Assembly: GCA_001244265.2 (NCBI GenBank)
Contig: CDLV01000013.1
Span: 1,178,001-1,242,000, forward strand
Length of the DNA stretch: 64,000 bases
Origin: Microbotryum violaceum
Lineage: Eukaryota
Direction of reading: 5' to 3'
The position numbers and the translations under genes are program-made. This document shows positions 49,001-59,773 of this stretch, piece by piece (position 1 is the first letter of the stretch; every line of letters begins with the position of its first letter). The notes under the pieces are model-generated. The model did no database searches. It worked only from the letters and a program-made list of their open reading frames with translations, and had not been told where the DNA came from.

Positions 49001-52000
49001 AGACGACACGAAGTGTCGATCCAGGATGCGAACCACTCCATACTACTCAGAAGACCTCAGTTTAGAGCGCGAACTATGTACAAAGGGCATATTCCGCCAC
49101 GAGCTGATCGGATCAATTGGTCCGCCACGCATCTACGAAACTCCGGGTGAACTCCCTGATATGTTCAGCGGACCTGACCCCCCGGTTGCTGGAGCCAAAG
49201 TGAGTGGCAATGATTCTTTTAAGTTTGTACTTCATTTCCATGAGGCTTTAACATGTGTCGCCTCTTCATTCAGATCCGAGCTTACATGATAGCACCGAAC
49301 GATGTTGGCTCCCCAGCACAGGTGTTTGCCGCTTTTGTGATCGGCGAAACTACGAACGCGGAGGACGCGACCGAACAGTTACATTCAGTGATACAAGAAT
49401 TAATAAAACGTTGCGTCGCACACCTTCTGGTATCCATCTCCGCAGATGGTGCGGCAAGCGAGGGTGTGCTGCAACGTAATGTTGCCGTCCTTCTGCGCGA
49501 TCAGGGTGGCGCTGTTGCTCAAACCGGATCAAGGAACGCGTCATCATACACCCTCCCCTCCCCAGATCCGGACGGAGTGTTTCCTGAGATCACTATATCG
49601 ACCGTCAACGCCGCGGGAACGCCGATAGTCTTCTGTCGGGACGAAAAACACCTGGCCAAATGTCTGAGGAACGCTATCGACTCTGGAGCAAGATTGCTGT
49701 CCGGCGATCTCGGATGCATTGCCTACCAGGATATGCTGACTATCCTGGAAGGAATGGAGTCGCGTCGTACTCTGTCTCGTCGTGATGTGGTCGGGCGTGA
49801 TCGTCAAGACGACAATGCAACACATCGGGCATTCTCCAAGGCGACGCTCGAACTCGTAACCGAACTCGCTGAAGACGAAAAACTCGACCCCGATGCGGTC
49901 GTATATCTTTTCTTATGTGGCGAGTTACACGATGCCATACAGAACCGGTCGCTTCAGCCCCTTGAATGTATCAGGATGTTGCTCGTTGTCAGATATACGT
50001 TCGAGGCGTGGTATGACTTTGTCCGAAGTCGCCCCGGATCTAGCTCTCACTCGTTCCTCGCCAAAGAAACGCTTGATGGGGTCAGGAAGATGGTTGACTC
50101 AACGATTGCTCCCGTCCGCAACTACCGAGATTTTTGGCCGAAGGAATCGTTCATTCCCTGGCGGCATGGCACAGAAATGGTGGAGCACTTCTTCGGGGAT
50201 ATACGCCAGATTGTAAAGAAGTTCGATGCTCTAGAGTTCTTGCAGGTGCGTTCTTCATCAACCAAGCTAATCTATACAGTAGTTAACCCGGCTAGAACCT
50301 GACAGGCAACTGGCAAAGTCACTGCACACTTGGAGCTCATGAGGAAGTTTAAGACCGAGGCGGCGGGATCACGTCAAGGCTAGCATTATACCTACAACGA
50401 CCTCGACGATCTTGACCTTGTTGCGATGCGAACGTACCCCAGTGATGGCGACATCTCTCTCACCAGTTTTGCAGCGGCAAATACTGCACGTGAACTGCTT
50501 TCAGGTTTACGCATGTGGGAGCCTGTGCAACGCATCGCGTCCAACAGACGCAACCAAGGTCCGCAACCTGACATACTCGTCGAGGACGTACTCGCCCATG
50601 GCACAACAGTTCAAGGTAGTTCCGAACGACTTGGTCTACAAGTGATGCGTATCTGACACGGGATACCATGCCCACTTGAAGTAGATCTTGAAGACCATCA
50701 TCCTACCAAGGAAGATCAAGGTCTGCTCCGCACCGAATTGCTGGATTCTGCTCTTGATGGCATGCGGCGTAGCACGTGCCAAGGTGTTGTGAAACTGGAC
50801 CCAAACGAGCGGGAAGCTGTCGACCGTGCAATTCGATCGCTTGCAGCTCTGGACTTTGACGTTGAGGCAGCCTTGTGAGTGGACAATTCATTGTGCCACG
50901 TGCGCTGAAGCGTTCTTCTACCTTTTAATCCGGACCTCATATTGTTCTCCTTTCTCATTGGCCAGACTCGACGTGCAAATCGCTTACGACGAAGCTGACA
51001 GACAAGCTGAGGAACGCTACGTACTCGAGACCATTGAGAAGGCAAACAGCTCATTACGTCCAATCGTGCCTCTACCAAGCTTAACTAGCGTAATTTCGAT
51101 CTGAACTCATGCATCTTCGGTACTATACAGCCTACACACTTGAAACTTCCGCCTCTTGGTTGATGCTCGCGATACCAGTTTCTCGCTGAACTGGGCCAGC
51201 TTGATTGCCCATCGAGCTGCTCATGAGTGTAGCCACCTCAGAGCTGTTCTACTCAAAGGGAGGCCAATGTAATTGAGCGACACAAGTCGCGGGGAGGCAG
51301 GCTTAAAGATTAGCAATACAGAGCAAGGACGCAGTGCAGTACATTCACGCGTCTTGAAAGGGTTGGTGCAGTCCATGGGACCATCTCGCTTCGAAGACAT
51401 TGCGGGCACCGCAAGGAGCTTTCGCTGGACTGGAGGTGGCCAGGTGGCCCGAGCGCTCACAACAAACGAGATTCAGAAGAACGCCTATATTGAGGATGGC
51501 CGCATTCAAGTGAGTTGTTGCTGAATTTAGGAACGAAGGCAACTGGATCTAATGTTTTGCCGGTCCTATACTTTTAGGAAAAGCTCCCTGAGAGAGACAA
51601 GCAGTACGGAGCGCTAGCACAACGCTATCCTCATTTTGGATCGCTTGACGGAGCTGTTACCGCTGCCACACCATTGGAGATTGGATCTCTGATCTGCTTT
51701 GGCCTCAAGCGTGGCATGCATTCACTCAGCTGCGATCAAACTGCTTACTATGGAGAAGAAGCGCTGTCTATCGGAATTGGTACATTGTTTTGAGTGGCAG
51801 TTGAGCTGTGAAGTTCTCGTTTGACACAAGTCTTGTGTCCTACAGTGCGACACATCTACAGCAAAGTGACAACAAACCACTGCAACCAAGACACGCTCGC
51901 CTCGTTGGTTCTACTCTCAAATGTCGTCGTACAGGAGCTTCGCCTCATAAAGAAAACATGCTATTCCACACACCTCATTGATGGCACTATGCCGTTCCGC

Positions 52001-52558
52001 ATGATTGATGGTCGACAGGTCATCGAGTCATTAGGCCCGTCAACGACTACATATCGTCCAACCACGGACCTTACCTCATGTTACCCGGACGAGCGCCTAA
52101 TCAGCACGTGCGCACATGCCGAGCAAAGGTTTGCCGCCCTTCAGAGCGTGCCCGGCCTGCGAGATGCCGCCGGCAGAACCTCTACAAGTCGCACAAATGC
52201 CACCGCGGAAACAAGGAGCTCAACTTCATCAAAAAGGAAGTCTGACAACGAAGCAGCGAGCCAGCCAGCAAAGCAAGGAAGGCTTGTTTGAAGCGTGGAG
52301 CCACGCGCAACACCAGCCGAAGCGACGCGCGCCGCAAGCCACTTTCGATAGGCCGCAGCGCGCCCGCAAACGCTCGGAACGCGTTTTCGAGAACTTTTGA
52401 GCGATTTTTGGAGCATGTAGAACACATTTTGATAATAATTCCGAGGCGCATGCGAAATTTTGACATTTTGGGGCCAAAATAGGGTAAAAAACTTTGACAA
52501 AAAGGCCAAGAAAGGGCGTTTATCCGCATGCGCCTCTGGCTGGGCTTTCGGGGGTCCT
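46004..52558 (+). mobile_element. P-element-like DNA transposon, ~6.55 kb, 29-bp TIRs, 8-bp TSD
   Basis: TIR AGGACCCCCGAAAGCCCAGCC(G/A)GAGGCGC at 46004-46032, inverted at 52530-52558 (1 mismatch). Flanks GATCTGGT (45996-46003) and GGTCTGGT (52559-52566). Confidence 0.88.
46406..52291 (+). pseudogene. Spliced Ulp1/C48 protease - Zn-binding - P-like DDE transposase fusion gene with C-terminal nonsense lesions
   Basis: Ulp1-like DWLGEAAV, LPLCSDSHWVL, VINSL, QQEDSYSCG. Cys/His clusters CGRC..H..C, CPGL, CEEC. Transposase VDDTK, SISADGA, DEKHLAKCLRN, DRQDD, GTEMVEHFFGDIR. GT-AG introns join the ORFs. In-frame TAG at 50381-50383. Confidence 0.75.
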
Positions 52559-52670
52559 GGTCTGGTCGTCTTTGGCGGCGCCTAGCCGATTGGCCACTTG
52601 TCTTTTCCCTCACGCTCCCGAGCCACCTCCTCCCGGATACATCACCACTTTAGCATCGAATCGCGAAGCA

Positions 52671-55204
52671 ATGTAAGCTACACCAGTGGACTTTGCGACC
52701 GTGGCCTAGAACCACAGACGCACCAACGTACCCGTACTCCTGCGCGGATTCTCCGTCGCTCGGTGTTGTTTGATGAAGGCGACTCGGCGTGTCCTTCATG
52801 CCCCCGCTGATCCCTTCCGCTCCCCTTGCATCTCCGCAGGGTCCTCTCCACCGTCCCCGCCGACTCTCGCGTCAAGGATTCCCCTTCCGAAGCCCACCAC
52901 GTCTCATCGACCGTGTACGGCAACTCCCTAGCTAGGAATGGTATCCGTCGCTTCGAGTTGCCCGAACAAGAGTTGCCGGCTACGATCGTGCAACGCTTCA
53001 TCTCGGATGAACTGTTACTGGATGGCAACCCGGCTATGAATCTTGCGAGTTTTGTGACGACGTATCAAGAACCTGAGGCTGAGCGTTTGATGATGGCGTG
53101 AGTAACATGCGCATTTCCGGGATTTCAGATCGATCGGCACGTGGCAGGTGGGGCGCCGCTGCCCCCGCCCGATTGAGCCTGCCTTCATGGAGCCGTGGGC
53201 CGCAACAACGACACCGTTCGGCACGACAGAGCATGAGCCTATGAGTTGACGTACTAAACCGGCTCCTTTCCTTAATACACAGAAACTTGTCTAAGAACTT
53301 TATTGATGTCGAGGAATACCCTTCGATGTAAGCCAGCTCATCTTTGTCGGGCGACTAGCGGGGGGAGCTGAAGCTTACTGATATGGGATGCATTCGCTCA
53401 CTGGTAGGGGAGAGATCGAGACTCGTTGCGTCAACATTGTTGCCCGGTATGCGTATCTTCCAATTACGGAATCGAGGTCACCACGGGCTCAATCTGAGGC
53501 TTACTTATCTTGACCCCAGCCTCTTCAACGCCCCTCTCACCGACCACAAGGCCGAGGCACTTGGTGTCAGCACGATCGGATCGTCGGAAGCCATCATCCT
53601 CGCTGTTCTCGCCGCCAAGCGTCGCTGGCAGATCAAGCGCCGAGCCGAAGGCAAGTCGACTGAAAAGCCCAACCTCGTCATGAACGCCGCCGTCCAGGTG
53701 TGCTGGGAGAAGGCAGCGCGCTACCTCGAAGTCGAGGAAAGGTACTGGTACTGCCGACCTGGGGCGTACGTCATGGACCCCAAGGAGTGCGCCGAACTCT
53801 GCGACGAGAACACGATTCTGGTCTGCGCGATCCTCGGTGAGTTCGGCTGGTTCTTCCCGAGCACCTGCGGTAGACATTGATCCACCGAAATCGCCTTTAC
53901 AGGTACGACCTACACGGGTCAGTACGAGGACATCAAGGGCATCAACGACGAAGTCGCCAAGGTCAACAAGGAGAAGGGTCTCGATGTGCACATCCACGTC
54001 GATGGTGCCTCGGGGGGGTTCGTCGCTCCTTTCGTCATGCCCGACCTGGAATGGGACTTCCGTCTGCCTTTGGTGTGCTCGATCAACGCTTCGGGTCACA
54101 AGTAAGTCTGAAGGGTTTTGGACCATCAATTTGAAGTGCGATACTCATGCTCATTCCTGCGCAAATTTCAACTGCGACAGGTACGGACTCGCTTACGCTG
54201 GAGTCGGGTGGCTCGTGTTCAGGGAGCAGAAGTACCTGCCCGACGAGGTGGTCTTCACCGTCAACTGTGAGTCTTGTACTGTCTGGCTATTCTCGTCGGA
54301 TGTTTGAACGGAATCTGATTCACTGGCTCTGTGCACTCTTCATCGAATGATCGCCCAAAACAGACCTCGGTAGCCCCCAAAGCAGCTTCACCCTCAACTT
54401 TTCGAAATCAGGCGTCCAGGTCAGTACAGGCTGTCTACGTCACCCATGCTCGGTGATTTGAGATTAATGTTGATAATACTCGAACACACACACACAGGTT
54501 CTTGGCCAATGTAAGTTCAGAATCTTTGGGAAGCCGGCAAGATCAAAGTCCTGACCCCTGTCGTCTTGGTTTCTTACAGACTACCAATTCCTGCGCCTCG
54601 GCCGCTCGGGCTACGAGTCGATCATGTCCAACTTGACCTGCACAGCCGACTACTTGTCGCAGCAGGTGCTCAAGCTCGGCGGGGGAGATCTCTTCGAACT
54701 CATGTCCGAGACCGAGGGTCGGGGATTGCCCCTTGTCGCTTGGAGGATCGTCAAGGCCGACGTTGGCTTTGACGAATTCGCGATCGCCGGTCATTTGCGC
54801 CAGCGAGGTTGGATCGTGCCTGCTTGTGAGCGATAAAGATGTACTAGCGTAAACGAACAGGTGGGTAAACGAACAGGTACTGATGATCATCGTCGCCGCT
54901 CGCAGATACGATGGCGCCTCACACGGATCAAATGAAGATGCTGCGCGTCGTCGTGCGAGAGGACTTCTCCCGCTCCCGATGCGAGCAGTTCGTTCGTGAC
55001 CTTACGCACACTGTCGAATACCTTTCGAAAGCGCCCAAGGCCGTTGCTGAAGCTTTGGCGGGCAAGACGCAGGGCGAGGTCGATCAGGATGCGGAGAAGC
55101 AGTCGGAGCATCACCCTGCTTCGCATGCGGCCAAGACGAAGCATGTTGAGCACGAGAAGCACTCGTTGAGGGGCAAGCACAAGAAGACGCATGCAGTTTG
55201 CTAG
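52671..55204 (+). CDS. GAD1: Glutamate decarboxylase (PLP-dependent), many introns
   Basis: [59 protein letters not shown](YG), [22 protein letters not shown]. Confidence 0.95.
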
Positions 55205-55565
55205 AGCAGGTCATCGCAGGTTATTTGGGACGTATCTAGTTTAACGCGCACAAAAAGGATTTACGCTGCTGTCTGGGAGGTGGGGGGCGCATTGACAATT
55301 ATTGATCATCGGGATATTCGGCAGTGAGAGTCAGGATACTGAGAGAGAGTCTTACACATTGAGTCACTTTTGAACTTTAAAGATGGATGCGGGGACCAGT
55401 CATGAATTGAGAATGCATGCACCTCCTTAATCAGGAGTCGATAACACCACTGTAAAGCTGCCCATCACGTGACCGTTTTCGATTCGGCCTCGCTTCGCAA
55501 CGGCTTCGTTCGCCCCACGTCCGATCCCAACACCATCCCACACCATCCCACACCGCGCTGCCTCC

Positions 55566-57857
55566 ATGGGCCCTACCAAACGTCGCATCAACGATGACGC
55601 CCCTTCCAAACAGGCGAGTCACACTATGATTGTGCGCCCATGAAATCTGCTGATAACTTTACATCTCGTTGCCCACCCTGTATCGTAGATGGGTAAACGT
55701 CGCAAGCACGGAGCAGCGGAAGAGGTCTCGCCTGATCCAGTGGAACAGCTCAACGCGCTCAAGGCTTACATGGTGGGTGCGATCAAGATGAAAAGTTATG
55801 CTTATGGTGGAGCTTGTATGCTGATCGTCATCTGCGATTGCTGTGCTGTCAGCACCACGCGCTCAAGCTGCTGCACAAGGTCGTCAAGAAGAGCAAGACG
55901 TTCGAGCTGCAGAAGCTCACGAGGAAACTCAAGCGAGCGGGGTGAGCACAGCACAACGATGCTATGTTCAGTGGTTTCGGGATCCAATGAAACCTTGTGC
56001 TGAGAGAACTTGTCGTGGTTGCAGAGAAACGGAAGGCGTTGCTACGACGGTCGTGGCTGATCTCGAAGCTCAACTTGACGCGCTCAAGGTTGGTCATTAC
56101 GCACAGGACTGCCTGGCTCTCAAACTTTCACGGGATGCTGATGGTGTCTCTCAAACTTTCACGGGATGCTGATGGTGTCTTGACCGTTCTTGCAGGGTCT
56201 TCCCATCGATCCGTTGGCGACACACATCCTCCATACCCGCCTCGGCAAAATTTCCTCCCCTACCCTCTCCAAGCATCTTCCTACTTTGACCGCCTCACTG
56301 CCAGCACAAGTCCCACCTACGACAACCGAGACGGACGCGACAAGTACTCCTGGAAAAGCGAGGAATCGCGTTCTCGCCAACAAGACCGTTCATGAGGGAT
56401 GGGAAGAGATCGTTCGTGCAATCAAGAAACGGCTTGGCGAAGAAGTCGCCCCCAGACCGGTTGCCATCAAGGCAGTGCCAGCGAAGAGTCCGAGCAAGGA
56501 CAAGAAGTCGCTTGTACAGGATGGTGTTGGCGTGGCATCTTCCTCGACCAACGGAACTAAGCTGGATGCTAGTCCGGGGCCAGCAGTCGTTGGGGAAAGA
56601 CGTCTGTCGAAGCGAGCCGAGAGGAAGCTGAAGGGCGAGTTGAAGGCGAAGCAACCGAGGGAGATGACGATCGATCCCCAGCGGCTCAAAGCGATGCAAC
56701 GTGCTTCAGAGAGAGAGAGGGGTGACGACGAAGAGGACGGGGGTGATGAGGATGGTGGCGAGTTTGGCATTGACGATGATGAAGTCCGACGGGAGCTCGA
56801 GGCGCTAGGGGGAGATGGTGGGACCGACTGGTCCGGTTCAGAGAGTGGCGCCGAAGACGAAGCCGATGACGACGATGATGGTGCATCGATCGCATCCGAC
56901 TCGTCATTCCCGGTCGTGGCAGCATCCAAAGCCACCACACCGAAAGTAAAAGCCAAGTCGACGCCCGTGGATACGAAACTAGATAAGCAGCCCAAGAAAG
57001 AATCGACCACGACGCGACCCATCACCTCTTCGGCTTTCTTGCCTTCACTCGCTGCGGGTTATGTGTCGTATTCCGACTCGGATGATGATGATGCTAAATG
57101 GGTCAAAGACGCTGAGCGACAGGATAAGCGAGAGGAGAAGCGGAAGAACCGAAGAGGACAGCGAGCTCGTCAAGCGTGAGTCGTGGCTGTGCTTACGAAA
57201 TCCACAAAAACATAGACAAGTTCCTCACCTGATCCTGCTCCATCTGGCAGTATCTGGGAGAAGAAGTACGGCTCAGGAGCGAATCACGTTGTTAAGGAGA
57301 CGGGCGGCGCCGCCGCAGCACAAAAGGGAGGCAAAGCCTCGTCCAAGAAGGCCATCACCAAAGCCGCGCTCAACCATACTGTCACGCCTTACGACCCGAC
57401 CAAGACTCCAGGGGCAGCGAACAACCCCAATGCTGCGCCTGTGGGGCAACGCAAGATCGTTCGACCGACCGTTACTTACAAGACTTCGACACCGATTGTT
57501 CCTATTGAGATTGTCAATCTTTCGTCGTCGGGGATCAGGCCTGCGGATTCGACACGAAGTGCTCCTGTCGTTCGTGGGAAGCCTCTGGTCGAGGAGGGCA
57601 TGCACCCCAGCTGGGAAGCGAAACGACGTGCTCAAGAAGCTCTGCTCAACTCGGCCAATGCTCCAAAGGGAAAGAAGATCACGTTCTCGTCTTCTGGTGC
57701 GCAGCCGGTCGAGGTACCTCGTGCGGCTCCGGTGGCTCGTGGAAAGTCCTTGGTGGAGGAGGGTATGCACCCGAGTTGGGAGGCGAAGCGGAGGGCTCAA
57801 GAGGCTCAGCTCAGCCTGGCGAATGCTCCCAAGGGTAAGAAGATTACTTTCGATTGA
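55566..57857 (+). CDS. BUD22: BUD22/SRFBP1-family ribosome biogenesis protein
   Basis: SAFLPSLAAGY, KNRRGQRARQ(A)IWEKKYG.GANH, MHPSWEAK, PKGKKITFD*. Confidence 0.88.
56117..56178. repeat. Perfect 31-bp tandem duplication within a BUD22 intron
   Basis: CTCTCAAACTTTCACGGGATGCTGATGGTGT twice. Confidence 0.93.
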
Positions 57858-58209
57858 GTTGTATAGGTCTCTTCATTGTATTTTTTGTAATTAGTTGGTT
57901 TGAATATTTCATTCGTATAAGCGAGATGGATCCTGACCTCTTATCGGTGAAGGGTAAAGGCCCTGGTAAAAGGGAGCTTTAAGCCGCTCTCACGCGTCAA
58001 TCAATCGGACCACAAGCTCGAACGGTCGCCTGCTTTTCCAAACAGCATGTGCACTGCGGTCCCGGTCAAGATCGGGCCGACATGAAGATCAACGATGCAA
58101 CAATTATTCGTGTTACAACAGTTGTGGGAATTCTTCTAGCCCTACTGAGATTGAAATTAGGTGCCACCCCTATCTCGCCCACTTGAATCACCTCCTCTTC
58201 TCCTCATCT

Positions 58210-59216
58210 TCATGAAGATTCATCGTGATCCCAACCCCTTCTCTCTTCACCCCTAGCTACCCGATTCGCTTCAAAACCTAATCTATCACTCATCTCCCAC
58301 AACCCTTCCTCCTTGGATATCTTCTGCATCTTCCTCAGCACTCTTTCACCACCGATATCGATCATCTGCTTCAACCTCCTGAGTTGTCGCAGTCGGGCCT
58401 CGGAGGCTTTTAGTTTGGGTGAGGGCTCGGCTAAGGTGGTGTCCGCGTGGTTGTGGATAGAAGGTTGTGTCCATTCGGTACAAGCTCGACAAGCGCAATC
58501 GAAGCCAAAGATTTGCTTCAATTGCTCCCTCCTACTTTCGGGTGAATCGAATTCGAACGGGATACCCAAATAAGGCCACACCAATTCCTCGCCCTTCTCA
58601 ATATCCCTCACCGCTATCAGTTCCATTTTGCGCGTTTTCGAAGACCAATGCGGTCGGGAAAGGTTAGGTCGACAGGACGAGTTGAAGCGCGAGAGGAGGG
58701 GGAAGAGGCCACCTGTGGTGGATTCGGATAAGGAGACGGCGTTGGTGAGGAAGATGGCGTAGGCTCGGGGTTGGGAAGGATGCATGTTGGAAAGGGTGTA
58801 AAACTGGTTTATTTCGGTGGGAGTTCTATAAGGGTTTGAAAGAGGGGATGTTAGGTTGGGGGAGAGGAAAGATTTCGTCGAAACCGCTCGGTGGATTCGC
58901 TCGGCAGGATGAGAAGAAGAAAAAAAATGTACTTGTCGATCAATGATCTTTGGATCTGCTTCTCGAACCACTCTTCCAACGTCGGGGGAACATTCCCCTC
59001 TTCCTCTTCTTCCCCTTCGATGGGCGTAGGTCCACTAGCCCCACTTTGGACGCGTTGATAGAGGTAGGCTTGGAACGGCGCGTCGAGGGTGAACAAGGGG
59101 GTGTCGAGCAGGACGGTCGTGCCTTTGAGGATGGGAGAAGAGGCGAAGGCGCCGAGGTGCGAATTGGGGGTCGGGGCAATGTGAAAGAGAGGAAAGGGGG
59201 AAGGGGAGGGATTCAT
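58210..59216 (-). CDS. SET-domain lysine methyltransferase (SMYD/Set5-like), one intron ~58829-58933
   Basis: N-SET HLGAFASSPILKGTTVL, then IFLTNA, GLFPLLSRFNSSCRPN, AVRDIEKGEELVWPY, post-SET FGFDCACRAC. Confidence 0.88.
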
Positions 59217-59773
59217 GAGCTTTGTTAGTTGGATGCTGGGGTGGGGATGAGCAATCGCGGGTGCGGAGGTGGAGCCCGTGAAGGCGAACGGGGCTGCGAA
59301 AAAGAGTCGAGCTAGGTCACGGGACTTGCTGAACGTTAAACGTTGAGCCAAGGGTGCCGAGGAGCCTCTTGCAGTGGATTTGAGGATGCGCTCCAAGCGA
59401 GAAAAAAGGTTTGATTGGAATGAAACCCAAGGAAAGGTTTTGATGGCGAAATACGACCCAAGCCGATGGAAGCGTGGAAAGCCAGACCGGCAGCCTGTCG
59501 ACGTTCCGAGTGCGAAAGAGTGCGAAAGACAGAGACGAGCGGCGCCGCGCCTGTTGAGACAATCAGCTTCTTGCTTTCATCCTCCACACCCGGCCCGCTG
59601 CAAAGCTTCTACTCGATCGCCTCTACGTTCCATTATCTTTCTAATCTGGGACCAGACTCGAGTTATCAGTGACCGCCCCCTACACGTTTGCCCTTACGCT
59701 TTGAGCCGTATCTCGAAGCCGAAGACGAGCGAGCACCACCGCCACCACTTCGCGCGCTCCTCCCGCTCCAACA

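Noticed and set aside
46001-52561. 3-bp TSD (GGT) implying a CACTA or PIF/Harbinger element
   Set aside because: The match extends to 8 bp (7/8), the termini are not CACTA-like, and the protein motifs are P-like. Not fully excluded without other copies.
58829-58933. Apparent frameshift in the SET gene
   Set aside because: Explained by a GTACAT...CTAAC...TAG intron on the minus strand.
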